Assembly (NCBI GenBank): GCA_966211915.1
Contig: CBIHNO010000015.1
Location: 9,857 to 73,856, forward strand
DNA: 64,000 bases
From: an uncultured Rhodanobacter sp.
GTDB lineage: Bacteria > Pseudomonadota > Gammaproteobacteria > Xanthomonadales > Rhodanobacteraceae
Direction of reading: 5' to 3'
Every line of letters starts with the position of its first letter. The first letter of the stretch is position 1. Below are positions 1-9,090 of this stretch, in pieces. The notes under the pieces were generated by a model, which saw nothing but the letters and a program-made list of their open reading frames with translations, was not told the DNA's origin and made no database searches. A program made the position numbers and the translations under genes.

Positions 1-2
1 TG

Positions 3-938
3 GTTGCGCTGACCCAGCCCGAGCGCTGGAACCTGGCCAGCATGCTCGACGACAGCCCGATCAGCATGCGCGAGCCGGACGGCAGCATGTGGACGCCGCA
101 GAACGACGACAAGCAGAGTCACGGCCAGCTGCCGATGGTCGACGCACTGGTCAATTCGTGGAACCTCGCCACCATCCACATGGGGCTGCAAGTGGGGCTG
201 CCGCGGATCAAGTCGTTCCTCGAATCATTCGGCCTCACCGACGTCAATCCCAGTCCGTCGTTGTTGATCGGCGCGGTCGACCTGGCGCCGCTGCAGCTGG
301 CGCAGCTCTATCAATACCTGGCCGCCGACGGTCATGCGCTGCCGCTGGTGGCAGTGCGCGGCGTGGTCGACGGCAACGGCCGCACGATCAAGCGCTACCA
401 GGTGCAGGGCGGCAATGGTGAATACCAGGAAGCGGTGCGGCTGACCACGTGGGCGATGCAGCAGGTGGCGCTGCGCGGCACCGCCAGCTCAATCGGTAAT
501 TCCGGGCTGGCGTGGCTGCATGCGGCCGGCAAGACCGGCACCAGCAACGACACCCGCGACAGCTGGTTCGCCGGCTTCACCGGCGAGCATCTGGCGGTGT
601 TCTGGATGGGGCGCGACGACAACAAGTCGACCGGCCTGTTCGGCGCCACCGGCGCGCTGCGCGCCTGGCGCGACCTGTTCGCCAAGCTGCCGACCCAGCC
701 GCTGTCTGCCGCACCGGGCGACGGTCTGGAGATGGCCTGGATCAATCCGGCCGACGGCAAGCGCACCGAGCCGCAGTGCGAAGGCGCACGCCAGTTCCCT
801 GTCGTCGCCGGCAGCTTGTCGACCGATACCGAAGGCTGCTTCTGGCAAGGCGTGCAAAGTCTGTTCGGCGGCGGCGATAATTCCGCACCCGCCAGCAGTG
901 TCGCACCTGCAGCCACCGACACCCCCATCCGGAACTGA
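3..938 (+). CDS. mrcB: Penicillin-binding protein 1B, C-terminal transpeptidase part (5' truncated by window edge)
   Basis: Frame is open to the left edge. Contains SWN (SxN) and the KTGT motif (AAGKTGTSNDTRDSWFAGF) of class A PBP transpeptidases. Confidence 0.9.
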   Translation, partial: VALTQPERWNLASMLDDSPISMREPDGSMWTPQNDDKQSHGQLPMVDALVNSWNLATIHMGLQVGLPRIKSFLESFGLTDVNPSPSLLIGAVDLAPLQLAQLYQYLAADGHALPLVAVRGVVDGNGRTIKRYQVQGGNGEYQEAVRLTTWAMQQVALRGTASSIGNSGLAWLHAAGKTGTSNDTRDSWFAGFTGEHLAVFWMGRDDNKSTGLFGATGALRAWRDLFAKLPTQPLSAAPGDGLEMAWINPADGKRTEPQCEGARQFPVVAGSLSTDTEGCFWQGVQSLFGGGDNSAPASSVAPAATDTPIRN

Positions 939-940
939 TC

Positions 941-1474
941 ATGTTGTTTTCGTTCAAGCGCCTGTCCGTATTGTCCTTTCTGTTGGCCGCCACGCTGCTG
1001 GGTGGCTGCAGTCTGTTCGAAACGGCGCCGACACCGGTCAAGCAGGCCGTGGTGCCGGACCATGACATGGTCGGTGCGATCCGTGCCGCCGGCGATCGGG
1101 AAAAATCCGTCATCGACGTCAACCCGCTGCGCGATCCCGGCGTCGCTGCCTTGCAGGACATGGCAAAGAACGACGAACAGACCGGTCGTTATGCGGATGC
1201 GGCAGGCAAGCTCGACCAGGCGCTCAAACTCAGGCCGGACTCTCCCGACATGCTGCAGGATCGCGCCGAGATTGCGATCCGCCTGAAGGATTTCGCCATG
1301 GCGGAAAGACTCGCCCACCAGTCGTGGTCGCTTGGTCCCAAGCTCGGACCGCTGTGCGCACGCAACTGGCAGACCATCGTCGAGATGCGCCTGCAGGCCG
1401 GCGACGAGGCCGGCGCGGATACCGCGCGCAAGTGGGTGCAGCGGTGCCACAAGGCGGGCGTGCCGCGGTATTGA
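941..1474 (+). CDS. TPR-containing lipoprotein, LpoP-like candidate PBP1B activator
   Basis: Lipobox LLGGC followed by helical TPR-like repeats (AAGKLDQALKLRPDSPDMLQDRAEIAIRL). Starts 2 nt after the mrcB stop. Confidence 0.75.
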   Translation: MLFSFKRLSVLSFLLAATLLGGCSLFETAPTPVKQAVVPDHDMVGAIRAAGDREKSVIDVNPLRDPGVAALQDMAKNDEQTGRYADAAGKLDQALKLRPDSPDMLQDRAEIAIRLKDFAMAERLAHQSWSLGPKLGPLCARNWQTIVEMRLQAGDEAGADTARKWVQRCHKAGVPRY

Positions 1475-1563
1475 CCCCAATGCTGCCGGGGGTGAGCCTG
1501 TGAGGAGGGTGGTCTCAGTGCGCGTCAGTTGTTGCCTGGGCGTGTCGAGATCCGCTGCCGGAT

Positions 1564-1896
1564 TCAGTGGGATGCGGTTGCGCGAGTCTGGATCAAGTAG
1601 TCATCGACAGCGATCTTCGCTTCTTTCAGGCCAGCGCCGGTTTCCGCGCGGTATGCCTTGATCGCGTCCAGCGTGCGGCCTTCGCCTGCAAGTTTTCGAA
1701 CCTCGGGCGACAGTGCTCCCAGGGTGCTGATGGTTGGTGCAGGAATGTTGAAATGCTTGATGAGGGCATCGAGTTTTCGCGCATTGAGTTTGCCAAGGGG
1801 GTCCTGCCGTCCGAGGGCATACCGCGTGCCGCCACCGAAAAGTCCAATCAGTACCGCGATGATGATGTAGTCACTGAAGTTCAGGACAGGGATCAT
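1564..1896 (-). CDS. Small membrane-anchored protein with ribosomal L7/L12 C-terminal-like domain
   Basis: N-terminal hydrophobic helix (YIIIAVLIGLFGG) and C-terminal AIKAYRAETGAGLKEAKIAVD, matching the L7/L12 CTD signature. Confidence 0.7.
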   Translation of the reverse strand: MIPVLNFSDYIIIAVLIGLFGGGTRYALGRQDPLGKLNARKLDALIKHFNIPAPTISTLGALSPEVRKLAGEGRTLDAIKAYRAETGAGLKEAKIAVDDYLIQTRATASH

Positions 1897-1935
1897 TTTT
1901 CCTCCGGACGGCCAGCGCTTGAGTCAGGGAGCGCT

Positions 1936-2325
1936 TCAGAACAACGCCACCAGCAACAGCACGATGCCGACGATGCTCACTGCCCAGGTCAGGGTGCGCA
2001 CGTAGGGAATACCGAGTGCGTATAGCGGCACGTAGACCAGCCGTGCCCAGAAATACAGCTGCGCGCCGAGCACGGTCATGCTGTCGTGACGCTGCAGCAG
2101 GTGGGCGGCCAGTACGACGGCGAGGAACAGCGGGAAGGTTTCCAGGAAGTTGGCGCGGGCACGATCGAGTCGGCCACCGATGCCGGTGAGCGGTGGCAGT
2201 ACCGCGTCGCGCGCTCCTGCGGCCCAGCCCAGTCCGCGTTGACCGACCGAACAGGTCGCGGCGATCGCGATCTGCAGCAGTCCCAGCACAACACTCCAGC
2301 ACAACATGCTCAGTTCGGTCGTCAT
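1936..2325 (-). CDS. MAPEG family membrane protein
   Basis: 129 aa from MTTELSML, hydrophobic helices, RARANFLETFPLF and ARLVYVPLY motifs. Confidence 0.85.
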   Translation of the reverse strand: MTTELSMLCWSVVLGLLQIAIAATCSVGQRGLGWAAGARDAVLPPLTGIGGRLDRARANFLETFPLFLAVVLAAHLLQRHDSMTVLGAQLYFWARLVYVPLYALGIPYVRTLTWAVSIVGIVLLLVALF

Positions 2326-2440
2326 GATGCGTTCCCCTGTGGTGGTGCCGGCATGGTGAACCTTTGCCGTCATGCATGCCAGTGGCAACGTCTTGCGGAA
2401 GCCGTTTTGCCATACCGATCCGCTCGGCCATACTTGGCGG

Positions 2441-4462
2441 ATGACCGACCTCGATGACACCGAGTCCGACGACATCGGCGCCCTGCTCGGTGCCGATGGC
2501 CCGTTCGCGCGCGAACTGCCGAACTTCGCGCCGCGTTTGGCGCAGCAGGCGATGGCGCGCGCGGTGCAGCGCGCCATCGCCGGACGCGACACGCTGATTT
2601 CCGAGGCCGGCACCGGCACCGGCAAGACCTTCGCGTACCTGGTGCCGGCCCTGCTGTCGGGCGAGCGGGTGATCATCTCCACCGGCACCAAGACGCTGCA
2701 GGACCAGCTGTATTTCCGGGATCTGCCGAAGGTGCGTTCGGTGCTCGGTGCGCGCCTGAAGACGGCACTGCTGAAAGGGCGCGCGAACTACCTGTGCCTG
2801 TACCGGCTCGATCAGGCCGTGCGTGAGGGGGCTACTTACGAACGCACGCAGGCCGCGCAGCTGGCCACGATCCGCGCGTGGTCGGCGCGCACGCGTCGCG
2901 GCGACCGGATGGAGCTGGCCGAGGTGCCGGAGGAATCGCCGCTGTGGCCGCGTGTTACCTCCACGCCGGAGAATTGTCTCGGCGTGGAGTGCCCGTTCTT
3001 CGACGACTGCCATGTGGTGAAGGCGCGCCGCGAAGCGATGGAGGCGGACGTGGTGGTGGTCAATCACCATCTGCTGTTCGCCGACCTCGCGTTGAAACAG
3101 GAAGGCTTCGGCGAAATCCTGCCGGGTGCCGCAGCGTTCATCCTGGACGAGGCGCACCAGATTCCCGAGCTGGCCGGGCAGTTCTTCTCGCAGAGCATCA
3201 GCGCGCGCCAGCTGACCGAACTGGCGCAGGACGCGCTGACCGAATGCAGCGGCATCACCGGCGCGATCGGCCTGTTGCTGGAGCCGGTGGAGGCACTGCA
3301 GGATGCATTGCGCAAGCTGCGGCTGGCGATGGATGCGCTGCCGTCGCGCGGTGCGTTCCAGCAACTGGACGATCGTGCCGGCGTGCGCGAGTCACTGCAC
3401 GATCTGCGCGAGCTGCTGGCCACGCTGGCCGATCTGCTCGCTTCGCAGGCCGAGCGTTCGCGCGGCTTTGCCAACCTGCACGAACGCGTCGAGTTGTTCA
3501 CCGAACGGCTGGAGCGCATCGTCGAGTCGCACGGCGATCGTGACGTGCGCTGGTACGAAACCTTTCCGCGCGGCTTCGCGCTGTATGCCACGCCGCTGGA
3601 TCTGGCGGTGCCGATGCGCGACTTGCGCGAGCGCACCCATGCGGCGTGGATCCACACCTCGGCCACGCTGTCGGTGGCCGGCAACTTCGATCACTTCGCG
3701 CGCCAGCTCGGGCTGGATGATCCGCAGACGCTGAGCCTGGAAAGTCCGTTCGACTATGCGCGGCAGGCGCTGTGCTATCTGCCATCCGGCCTGACCGACC
3801 CGAACATGTTCGACAAGGGCCGGCGCGACTACACCGAGCAGGTGATCGAGTCGGTGCTGCCGGTGCTGCACGCCTCGAACGGACGCGCGTTCCTGCTGTT
3901 CACCTCGCATCGTGCGCTGCGTCGCGCGGCCGAATTGCTGCAGGACAAGGTGCCATGGCCGCTGTTCGTGCAGGGCACTGCGCCGCGGCCGCGCCTTCTG
4001 GAGGAATTCCGCGCCAGCGGCCACGGCGTGCTGCTCGGTGCGGCGAGTTTCTGGGAAGGCGTCGACGTGGTCGGCGAGGCGCTCAGCGTGGTGGTGATCG
4101 ACAAACTGCCATTTGCAGCACCCGACGATCCGGTGCTGATGGCGCGGCTGGAGGCGCTGGAACAATCCGGCATCAACGCGTTCATGGGCTGGCAGGTACC
4201 CAGCGCGGTGATTGCACTGAAGCAGGGCGCCGGTCGCCTGATCCGCGACGTGCACGACCGCGGCGTGCTGGTGTTGTGCGACCCGCGGCTGACCACGAAG
4301 GGATATGGCAAGCTGTTCCTGGCCAGCCTGCCGCCGATGCCACGCACGCGTGAGCTGGCGGATGTGCAGGTATTCTTCGAAACCTCGGATACCCCGCCCG
4401 CGCCGCTTGCGACGGGGGAGAGAGGGCCGACTTCAGCGAGGATTGAACCATGGCAAAAGTGA
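2441..4462 (+). CDS. yoaA: ATP-dependent DNA helicase, DinG/YoaA family (Fe-S)
   Basis: Walker A EAGTGTGKT, DEAH box, Fe-S cysteines (CL, CLGVECPFFDDC), SFWEGVDV motif. Start taken at MTDLDD. Confidence 0.9.
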   Translation: MTDLDDTESDDIGALLGADGPFARELPNFAPRLAQQAMARAVQRAIAGRDTLISEAGTGTGKTFAYLVPALLSGERVIISTGTKTLQDQLYFRDLPKVRSVLGARLKTALLKGRANYLCLYRLDQAVREGATYERTQAAQLATIRAWSARTRRGDRMELAEVPEESPLWPRVTSTPENCLGVECPFFDDCHVVKARREAMEADVVVVNHHLLFADLALKQEGFGEILPGAAAFILDEAHQIPELAGQFFSQSISARQLTELAQDALTECSGITGAIGLLLEPVEALQDALRKLRLAMDALPSRGAFQQLDDRAGVRESLHDLRELLATLADLLASQAERSRGFANLHERVELFTERLERIVESHGDRDVRWYETFPRGFALYATPLDLAVPMRDLRERTHAAWIHTSATLSVAGNFDHFARQLGLDDPQTLSLESPFDYARQALCYLPSGLTDPNMFDKGRRDYTEQVIESVLPVLHASNGRAFLLFTSHRALRRAAELLQDKVPWPLFVQGTAPRPRLLEEFRASGHGVLLGAASFWEGVDVVGEALSVVVIDKLPFAAPDDPVLMARLEALEQSGINAFMGWQVPSAVIALKQGAGRLIRDVHDRGVLVLCDPRLTTKGYGKLFLASLPPMPRTRELADVQVFFETSDTPPAPLATGERGPTSARIEPWQK

Positions 4463-4818
4463 CCGGACTTGGCGGCATCTTCTTCAAATCACGCGACCCG
4501 GCCGCACTGTCGGCGTGGTACGCGAAACACCTTGGACTGACGGTCGAAAAGTGGGGCGGCGTGCGCTTCAACGAAGACGAACAGCGCGCCGGCTACACGC
4601 TGTGGTCGCCGTTCGCCGCCGACACCACCTATTTCGGCACCGGCGCGCAGCCGTACATGCTCAACTTCCGCGTCGATGATCTCGATGCGTTGCTGGCGCA
4701 ACTTCGTGTCGAGGGTATCGAAGTGGACGAGCGCATCGAAGAGAGCGAGTTCGGCCGTTTCGGCTGGATCGTCGATCCCGAAGGCACGCGCGTCGAACTG
4801 TGGCAGCCGCCGGCCTGA
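4450..4818 (+). CDS. VOC/glyoxalase family protein
   Basis: VTGLGGIFFKSRDP and FGWIVDPEGTRVELWQP motifs. Overlaps the helicase 3' end. Confidence 0.85.
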   Translation: MAKVTGLGGIFFKSRDPAALSAWYAKHLGLTVEKWGGVRFNEDEQRAGYTLWSPFAADTTYFGTGAQPYMLNFRVDDLDALLAQLRVEGIEVDERIEESEFGRFGWIVDPEGTRVELWQPPA

Positions 4819-4858
4819 ATCCATGAAAGGCTGCCTGACTCTGCCACTGGATGTGAGG

Positions 4859-5263
4859 ATGGCGGCGATGGAACCCGATCTCGTTACCGCTCCCGAACTG
4901 ACCGGCGTGCTCGACGAGCTGCGCCGCCGCGAGCCGATCTTCCACCGCCCCGAGTTCGGCAGCACTCGCGCCGACTTCGAGCGCATGACCGCCGACGACT
5001 TCTGGGAAATCGGCGCCTCCGGCAACCGCTACAGCCGCATGCACGTGCTCGACGTACTCGAGCAGCGTGCACCTGATCCCGCCGAACACGGCTGGGTCAC
5101 CCGCGACTTCCAATGCCGCGAACTCGGGCCGCAGACCTACCTGCTCACTTACACCCTGGAGCAGGGGGAACGGCTGAGCCGGCGCAGCACGATCTGGCGG
5201 CGCCATGGCAGCGACTGGCAGATCGTATTTCATCAGGGGACCTTGATGGAGAGCAGCCGCTGA
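4859..5263 (+). CDS. NTF2-like / DUF4440 family protein
   Basis: DFWEIGASG, RRSTIWRR and WQIVFHQGT pattern of DUF4440. GAGG precedes the ATG at 4859. Confidence 0.75.
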   Translation: MAAMEPDLVTAPELTGVLDELRRREPIFHRPEFGSTRADFERMTADDFWEIGASGNRYSRMHVLDVLEQRAPDPAEHGWVTRDFQCRELGPQTYLLTYTLEQGERLSRRSTIWRRHGSDWQIVFHQGTLMESSR

Positions 5264-5407
5264 GAGGATATCCGCCTGTGCTGCGGAGAGATCCGCGCAC
5301 GGCATCCGGAGCGCCGGGTTCGGGACAAAAAGAGCCGCGTGTCGTGCTTCTAATCCCGCCTTAGGCACAAAAAGACCCACGCGCAAGATTCGGAGCGTTG
5401 CGAACCG

Positions 5408-6082
5408 TCAGTCCAGGGCCTTGCCGAAACGCTGCGTGCGCAGCCGGTAGTGGTGATCCGGGTCCAGTGACGCGACGACGTAGCGGGAACGGCCCAGGAT
5501 TTCGCGGCGCGGGAAGAATCCGAGATAGCGCGAGTCGTAGCTGTTGTCGCGGTCGTCGCCCAGCAGCAGGTACTGGCCGGGCGGCACTTTCACCGGGCCG
5601 AAGTTGCTGGCCGGGCTGGGCCAGTTCACCGACAACCGTATCGCATGACGCATGTCGCCGTAGCGTTCGATTTCGTAACGGGCGGGATTCCGCAGGTCGT
5701 CGTGGATGCCGCTACGTGTGCTGGCGATGTAGCTGGCAACTCGGCCGTTGATGATGAGTACGTTGTCGCGCAGTGCCACTTCGTCGCCGGGTATGCCGAT
5801 CACCCGCTTCACCAATCGTTCGTTCGCGGCGTGCGAATCCAGTACCACGATGTCGCCGCGTTTCGGGTCGGCCAGATGCAGCAGCGAGATATGGGTCAGC
5901 GGCAAGCGGAGATCGTAGGCCGCCTTGTCGACGAAGATGCGATCGCCGATCTCGATGGTGGGCTGCATCGAACCGGTCGGCACCACGTTCCAGTCGGCCA
6001 CCGCGCTGCGGAACATGACCATGCACAGCATGAAGGTGATGAAGCCCTTGTTGCGGGCCAGAAACCTCGTGATCGTGCGCAT
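5408..6082 (-). CDS. lepB: Signal peptidase I (paralog)
   Basis: Catalytic Ser (VPTGSMQPT), catalytic Lys (LVKRVIG) and box E (GDDRDNSYDSRY), with one N-terminal TM segment. Confidence 0.9.
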   Translation of the reverse strand: MRTITRFLARNKGFITFMLCMVMFRSAVADWNVVPTGSMQPTIEIGDRIFVDKAAYDLRLPLTHISLLHLADPKRGDIVVLDSHAANERLVKRVIGIPGDEVALRDNVLIINGRVASYIASTRSGIHDDLRNPARYEIERYGDMRHAIRLSVNWPSPASNFGPVKVPPGQYLLLGDDRDNSYDSRYLGFFPRREILGRSRYVVASLDPDHHYRLRTQRFGKALD

Positions 6083-6270
6083 CGCGCTTCCCCGTGGGTT
6101 GGTGGCTGGGCATGTCACTACCGCCTGTCAGGAAAGTGACAGCGCCCGCGACGTGAAGTTGCGTGGTCAGCGACAGGCCATCTTGCCGCCCGCTGACGGG
6201 CCGGTGCTGCCCGCGTCACCGCCGGTGCGGCTGCTGTGATCGACGCTCCATCCATAGGGAGTGCGATCCG

Positions 6271-7659
6271 ATGAGTGCATGGACTCAGACCTTGACGGCC
6301 AAGGTGCTTGGCATCGGCGTGCTGGCGTTGCTGATGACGATACCGCTGATGCAGGTGCGCGGTCTGGTGAGCGAGCGCCAGCAGCTGCGCGAGACGGCGA
6401 TTGCGCAGATCGCGCAGGGCTGGGGCGGCCAGCAGGTGCTGGGCGGCCCGGTGCTGACGGTGCCCACGCTGAGTCGGCTGGCGATGGTGGACATCCGGCC
6501 GCCGCAAACGATCTCCGGCAGCGAGAGCATGCTGGCGGACGAGTTGAAGATGGATGTGGCGCTGGTGGTGCAGACGCGCAACTACGGCATCTATACCGCG
6601 CCGGTATTCGTCTCCACCGTGAAGTTGCACGGGCTGTTCCGGACGCAGGATCTGGCCCAGTTCCGCCGCGCCAGCAACGCGCAGTGGCAGGGCAGCAAGG
6701 CCGAGCTGCGCTTGCCGATCGGCGATCTGCGCGGTCTGCAGGAGGTGAGCGAGCTGCGCATCAACGGCAAGCCGGCGCGCTTCGATTCGTCGGCCGATCG
6801 TCTCGGCCCGTGGCCGAACGTGGTGGTGCCGATCGACCTGGATGCGCTGGCCGATCAGCCGATCGACGTCGAGATCACGCTCAAGCTGGCCGGCACCGAA
6901 TCGCTGCAGCTGCTGCCTCTGGCGCGCAGCACCGACGTGACGATGCGCGCGCCGTGGCGCGATCCGAGTTTCGTCGGCGCGGCGCTGCCACTGGAGCATG
7001 CGATCGATGCCAGGGGTTTCAGCGCGCACTGGCATCTGCTCGATCTCAACCGCAGCTACGGCCAGCACTGGGTCGATGGCGGCAATGGCGTGGCGGAGGC
7101 GCTGCAGGCGTCCACCTTCGGCGTGCAGCTGTACCAGCCGGTCGACGCGTATCAGCGCAATGTACGTGCGGGGAAATACGGCCTGCTGTTCATCGCGATG
7201 ACGTTCGTCGCGTTCTTCCTGTGCGAGATACTCAAGCGGCTGCGCGTGCATCCGGTGCAATACCTGCTGGTCGGCGCGGCGCTGGCCACGTTCTACGTGG
7301 TGCTGCTGGCGTTGTCCGAACAGATCGGTTTCGGCCCGGCCTACGCGCTGGCCGCGGCCGCGGTAGCCTTGATCGTGGGCGGTTACGCGATGGCGGTACT
7401 GCACGCGCGACGTGCCGGCCTGCTGCTGGGCGGCGTGCTGGGGCTGATCTACGCGATGCTGTACGGGCTGATTGCGGCCGAGCAGTACGCGTTGCTGATC
7501 GGTGCGCTGGTGCTGCTGGTGATGGTGGCGCTGATGATGTATCTGACCCGCCGCATCGACTGGTACGCGTACGTGCCGATAACGGCCGGGCCGACGACCA
7601 TGGGGCCGACCTCGACCGAGCCGCCGGCACCGCCAGCCGCTATCATGGAGCGATCATGA
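6271..7659 (+). CDS. creD: Inner membrane cell-envelope integrity protein CreD
   Basis: LLMTIPLMQVRGLVSERQ at the N-terminus, KYGLLFI and HPVQYLLVG motifs, C-terminal TM bundle ending TRRIDWY. Confidence 0.9.
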   Translation: MSAWTQTLTAKVLGIGVLALLMTIPLMQVRGLVSERQQLRETAIAQIAQGWGGQQVLGGPVLTVPTLSRLAMVDIRPPQTISGSESMLADELKMDVALVVQTRNYGIYTAPVFVSTVKLHGLFRTQDLAQFRRASNAQWQGSKAELRLPIGDLRGLQEVSELRINGKPARFDSSADRLGPWPNVVVPIDLDALADQPIDVEITLKLAGTESLQLLPLARSTDVTMRAPWRDPSFVGAALPLEHAIDARGFSAHWHLLDLNRSYGQHWVDGGNGVAEALQASTFGVQLYQPVDAYQRNVRAGKYGLLFIAMTFVAFFLCEILKRLRVHPVQYLLVGAALATFYVVLLALSEQIGFGPAYALAAAAVALIVGGYAMAVLHARRAGLLLGGVLGLIYAMLYGLIAAEQYALLIGALVLLVMVALMMYLTRRIDWYAYVPITAGPTTMGPTSTEPPAPPAAIMERS

Positions 7660-8348
7660 ACCTGCTCGCGATCGAAACCGCCACCGAAGCCTGCTCCGTC
7701 GCCCTGATCCACGGCGACGAACTGATCGCACGCAGCGAGATCGCCCCGCGCCGGCACACCGAGCTGGTCCTGCCGATGGCCGATGCGCTGCTGGCCGAAG
7801 CCGGCATCGGTCGGCATGCGCTGGATGCGATCGCGGTGGGCCGCGGTCCCGGCGCGTTCACCGGCGTGCGCCTCGGCGTGTCGCTGGCGCAGGGCATGGC
7901 GCTGGCGCTGGATCTGCCGGTGATCACCATCTCCTCGCTGGCCGCACTGGCGCTGGAGGCACCGGAAGAAGAGGGCACCACGATTCTTGCCGTGATCGAC
8001 GCGCGCATGGGCGAGATCTACGCCGCCTGCTATCGCCGCGACGACAACGGCGGCCTGATCGCGCTGGACGACGAACGCATCTGTACCGCCGAGTCACTGC
8101 AGTTGCCGGAAGCCGCCGCATGGCAGGTGGTTGGCAGTGGCTGGGCCACCTACGCCACGGTGCTGAGCCAGCGCCTCACCGGCACGCTGCATTCGGCGGA
8201 TGGCATGCGCTATCCGCAAGCCGCGCATGTCGCCGAGCTCGCGCTGCGCGAGTTCAAGGCGGGCCATATGCAAGCACCGGAGTTGGCGTTGCCGGTGTAT
8301 CTGCGTGACAAGGTGGCGTTGACCTTGGTGGAGCAGGGGAAGGCTTGA
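7656..8348 (+). CDS. tsaB: tRNA threonylcarbamoyladenosine biosynthesis protein TsaB
   Basis: LLAIETATEACSVA, GRGPGAFTGVRLG, IDARMGEIY and PVYLR motifs. ATGA overlap with the creD stop. Confidence 0.95.
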   Translation: MNLLAIETATEACSVALIHGDELIARSEIAPRRHTELVLPMADALLAEAGIGRHALDAIAVGRGPGAFTGVRLGVSLAQGMALALDLPVITISSLAALALEAPEEEGTTILAVIDARMGEIYAACYRRDDNGGLIALDDERICTAESLQLPEAAAWQVVGSGWATYATVLSQRLTGTLHSADGMRYPQAAHVAELALREFKAGHMQAPELALPVYLRDKVALTLVEQGKA

Positions 8349-8362
8349 GCTGTCTTTGGAGA

Positions 8363-9061
8363 CTAGAAACTCAGCCCCGGCGGTCTGTTGCAGTCATATT
8401 TTTCGTCAATTCTATCCACGTCGCCAGGCGATATATGTCGTGCACTCAATTCCTTTGGAGTGAGCTGTCGCCATGCGTCGACATCGATACAGTGACGACT
8501 TGCAACACCAAAGAGACGTTGCACCTTGCGCATCGCCGCGCCTATACCCTGATTCATCGGATCGACTAAATGGATCCCAGGTACGTAAGGCGTATCGGAG
8601 CCGGGCACCCCGCGAACAGCATAGGAATGTAGCGCGTTGTTCAGCCGTTCCTGAAAGCCTCCGTCGCTGGTGGAGGCTTCGTTGCTCACGTATTGGTTCG
8701 GTGTGGTTGGTGTGCTGGTTGAATGCGTTTCGGATGGCGGCGCGACAACGAGTGCGGCGCGCTGAACCTGAGGTGGTTCCGGCGACCTCCTTGATGGCAT
8801 TCCATGAATGTTTGGAGTCGACACGACCAGCTGAGACGCCGGCAATGCCAAGTGCAAAGAGGCCGGTCGGGGCTGCTGGATGAAACGCAGATTGAGCACT
8901 GGAGAGTTGCTCCTCGCTGAAGGAGTTGTGTCCCGAGTGTTGATTGCTGGTCGCAACAACAGCATCAATAAACCAAGATGACAACTGATCACTACCACCA
9001 TCACGGCAACTCGGTGCCCCGATTTCCGCAGATTGCCGGACCTGTCCCTTTCTACTCTCAC
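8363..9061 (-). CDS. Hypothetical membrane-anchored protein with Pro/Ser/Thr-rich linker
   Basis: One TM segment (VVVISCHLGLLMLLL), a low-complexity linker and a C-terminal domain with two Cys. Start placed at GTG 9061 (AGGAAGG 6 nt upstream). The in-frame ATG at 9088 is the alternative. Confidence 0.6.
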   Translation of the reverse strand: MRVERDRSGNLRKSGHRVAVMVVVISCHLGLLMLLLRPAINTRDTTPSARSNSPVLNLRFIQQPRPASLHLALPASQLVVSTPNIHGMPSRRSPEPPQVQRAALVVAPPSETHSTSTPTTPNQYVSNEASTSDGGFQERLNNALHSYAVRGVPGSDTPYVPGIHLVDPMNQGIGAAMRKVQRLFGVASRHCIDVDAWRQLTPKELSARHISPGDVDRIDEKYDCNRPPGLSF

Positions 9062-9090
9062 TAGCGGCCTTCCTATGGCAAAGGCCATGA

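Noticed and set aside
6113-6170. Possible CreB tag (TTCAC-N6-TTCAC) upstream of creD
   Set aside because: GTGAC, GTGAA and TGTCA half-sites are present but not at 11-bp spacing.
6261-7655. Apparent long N-terminal extension of TsaB
   Set aside because: Alternative frame of creD. TsaB starts at the ATGA overlap at 7656.
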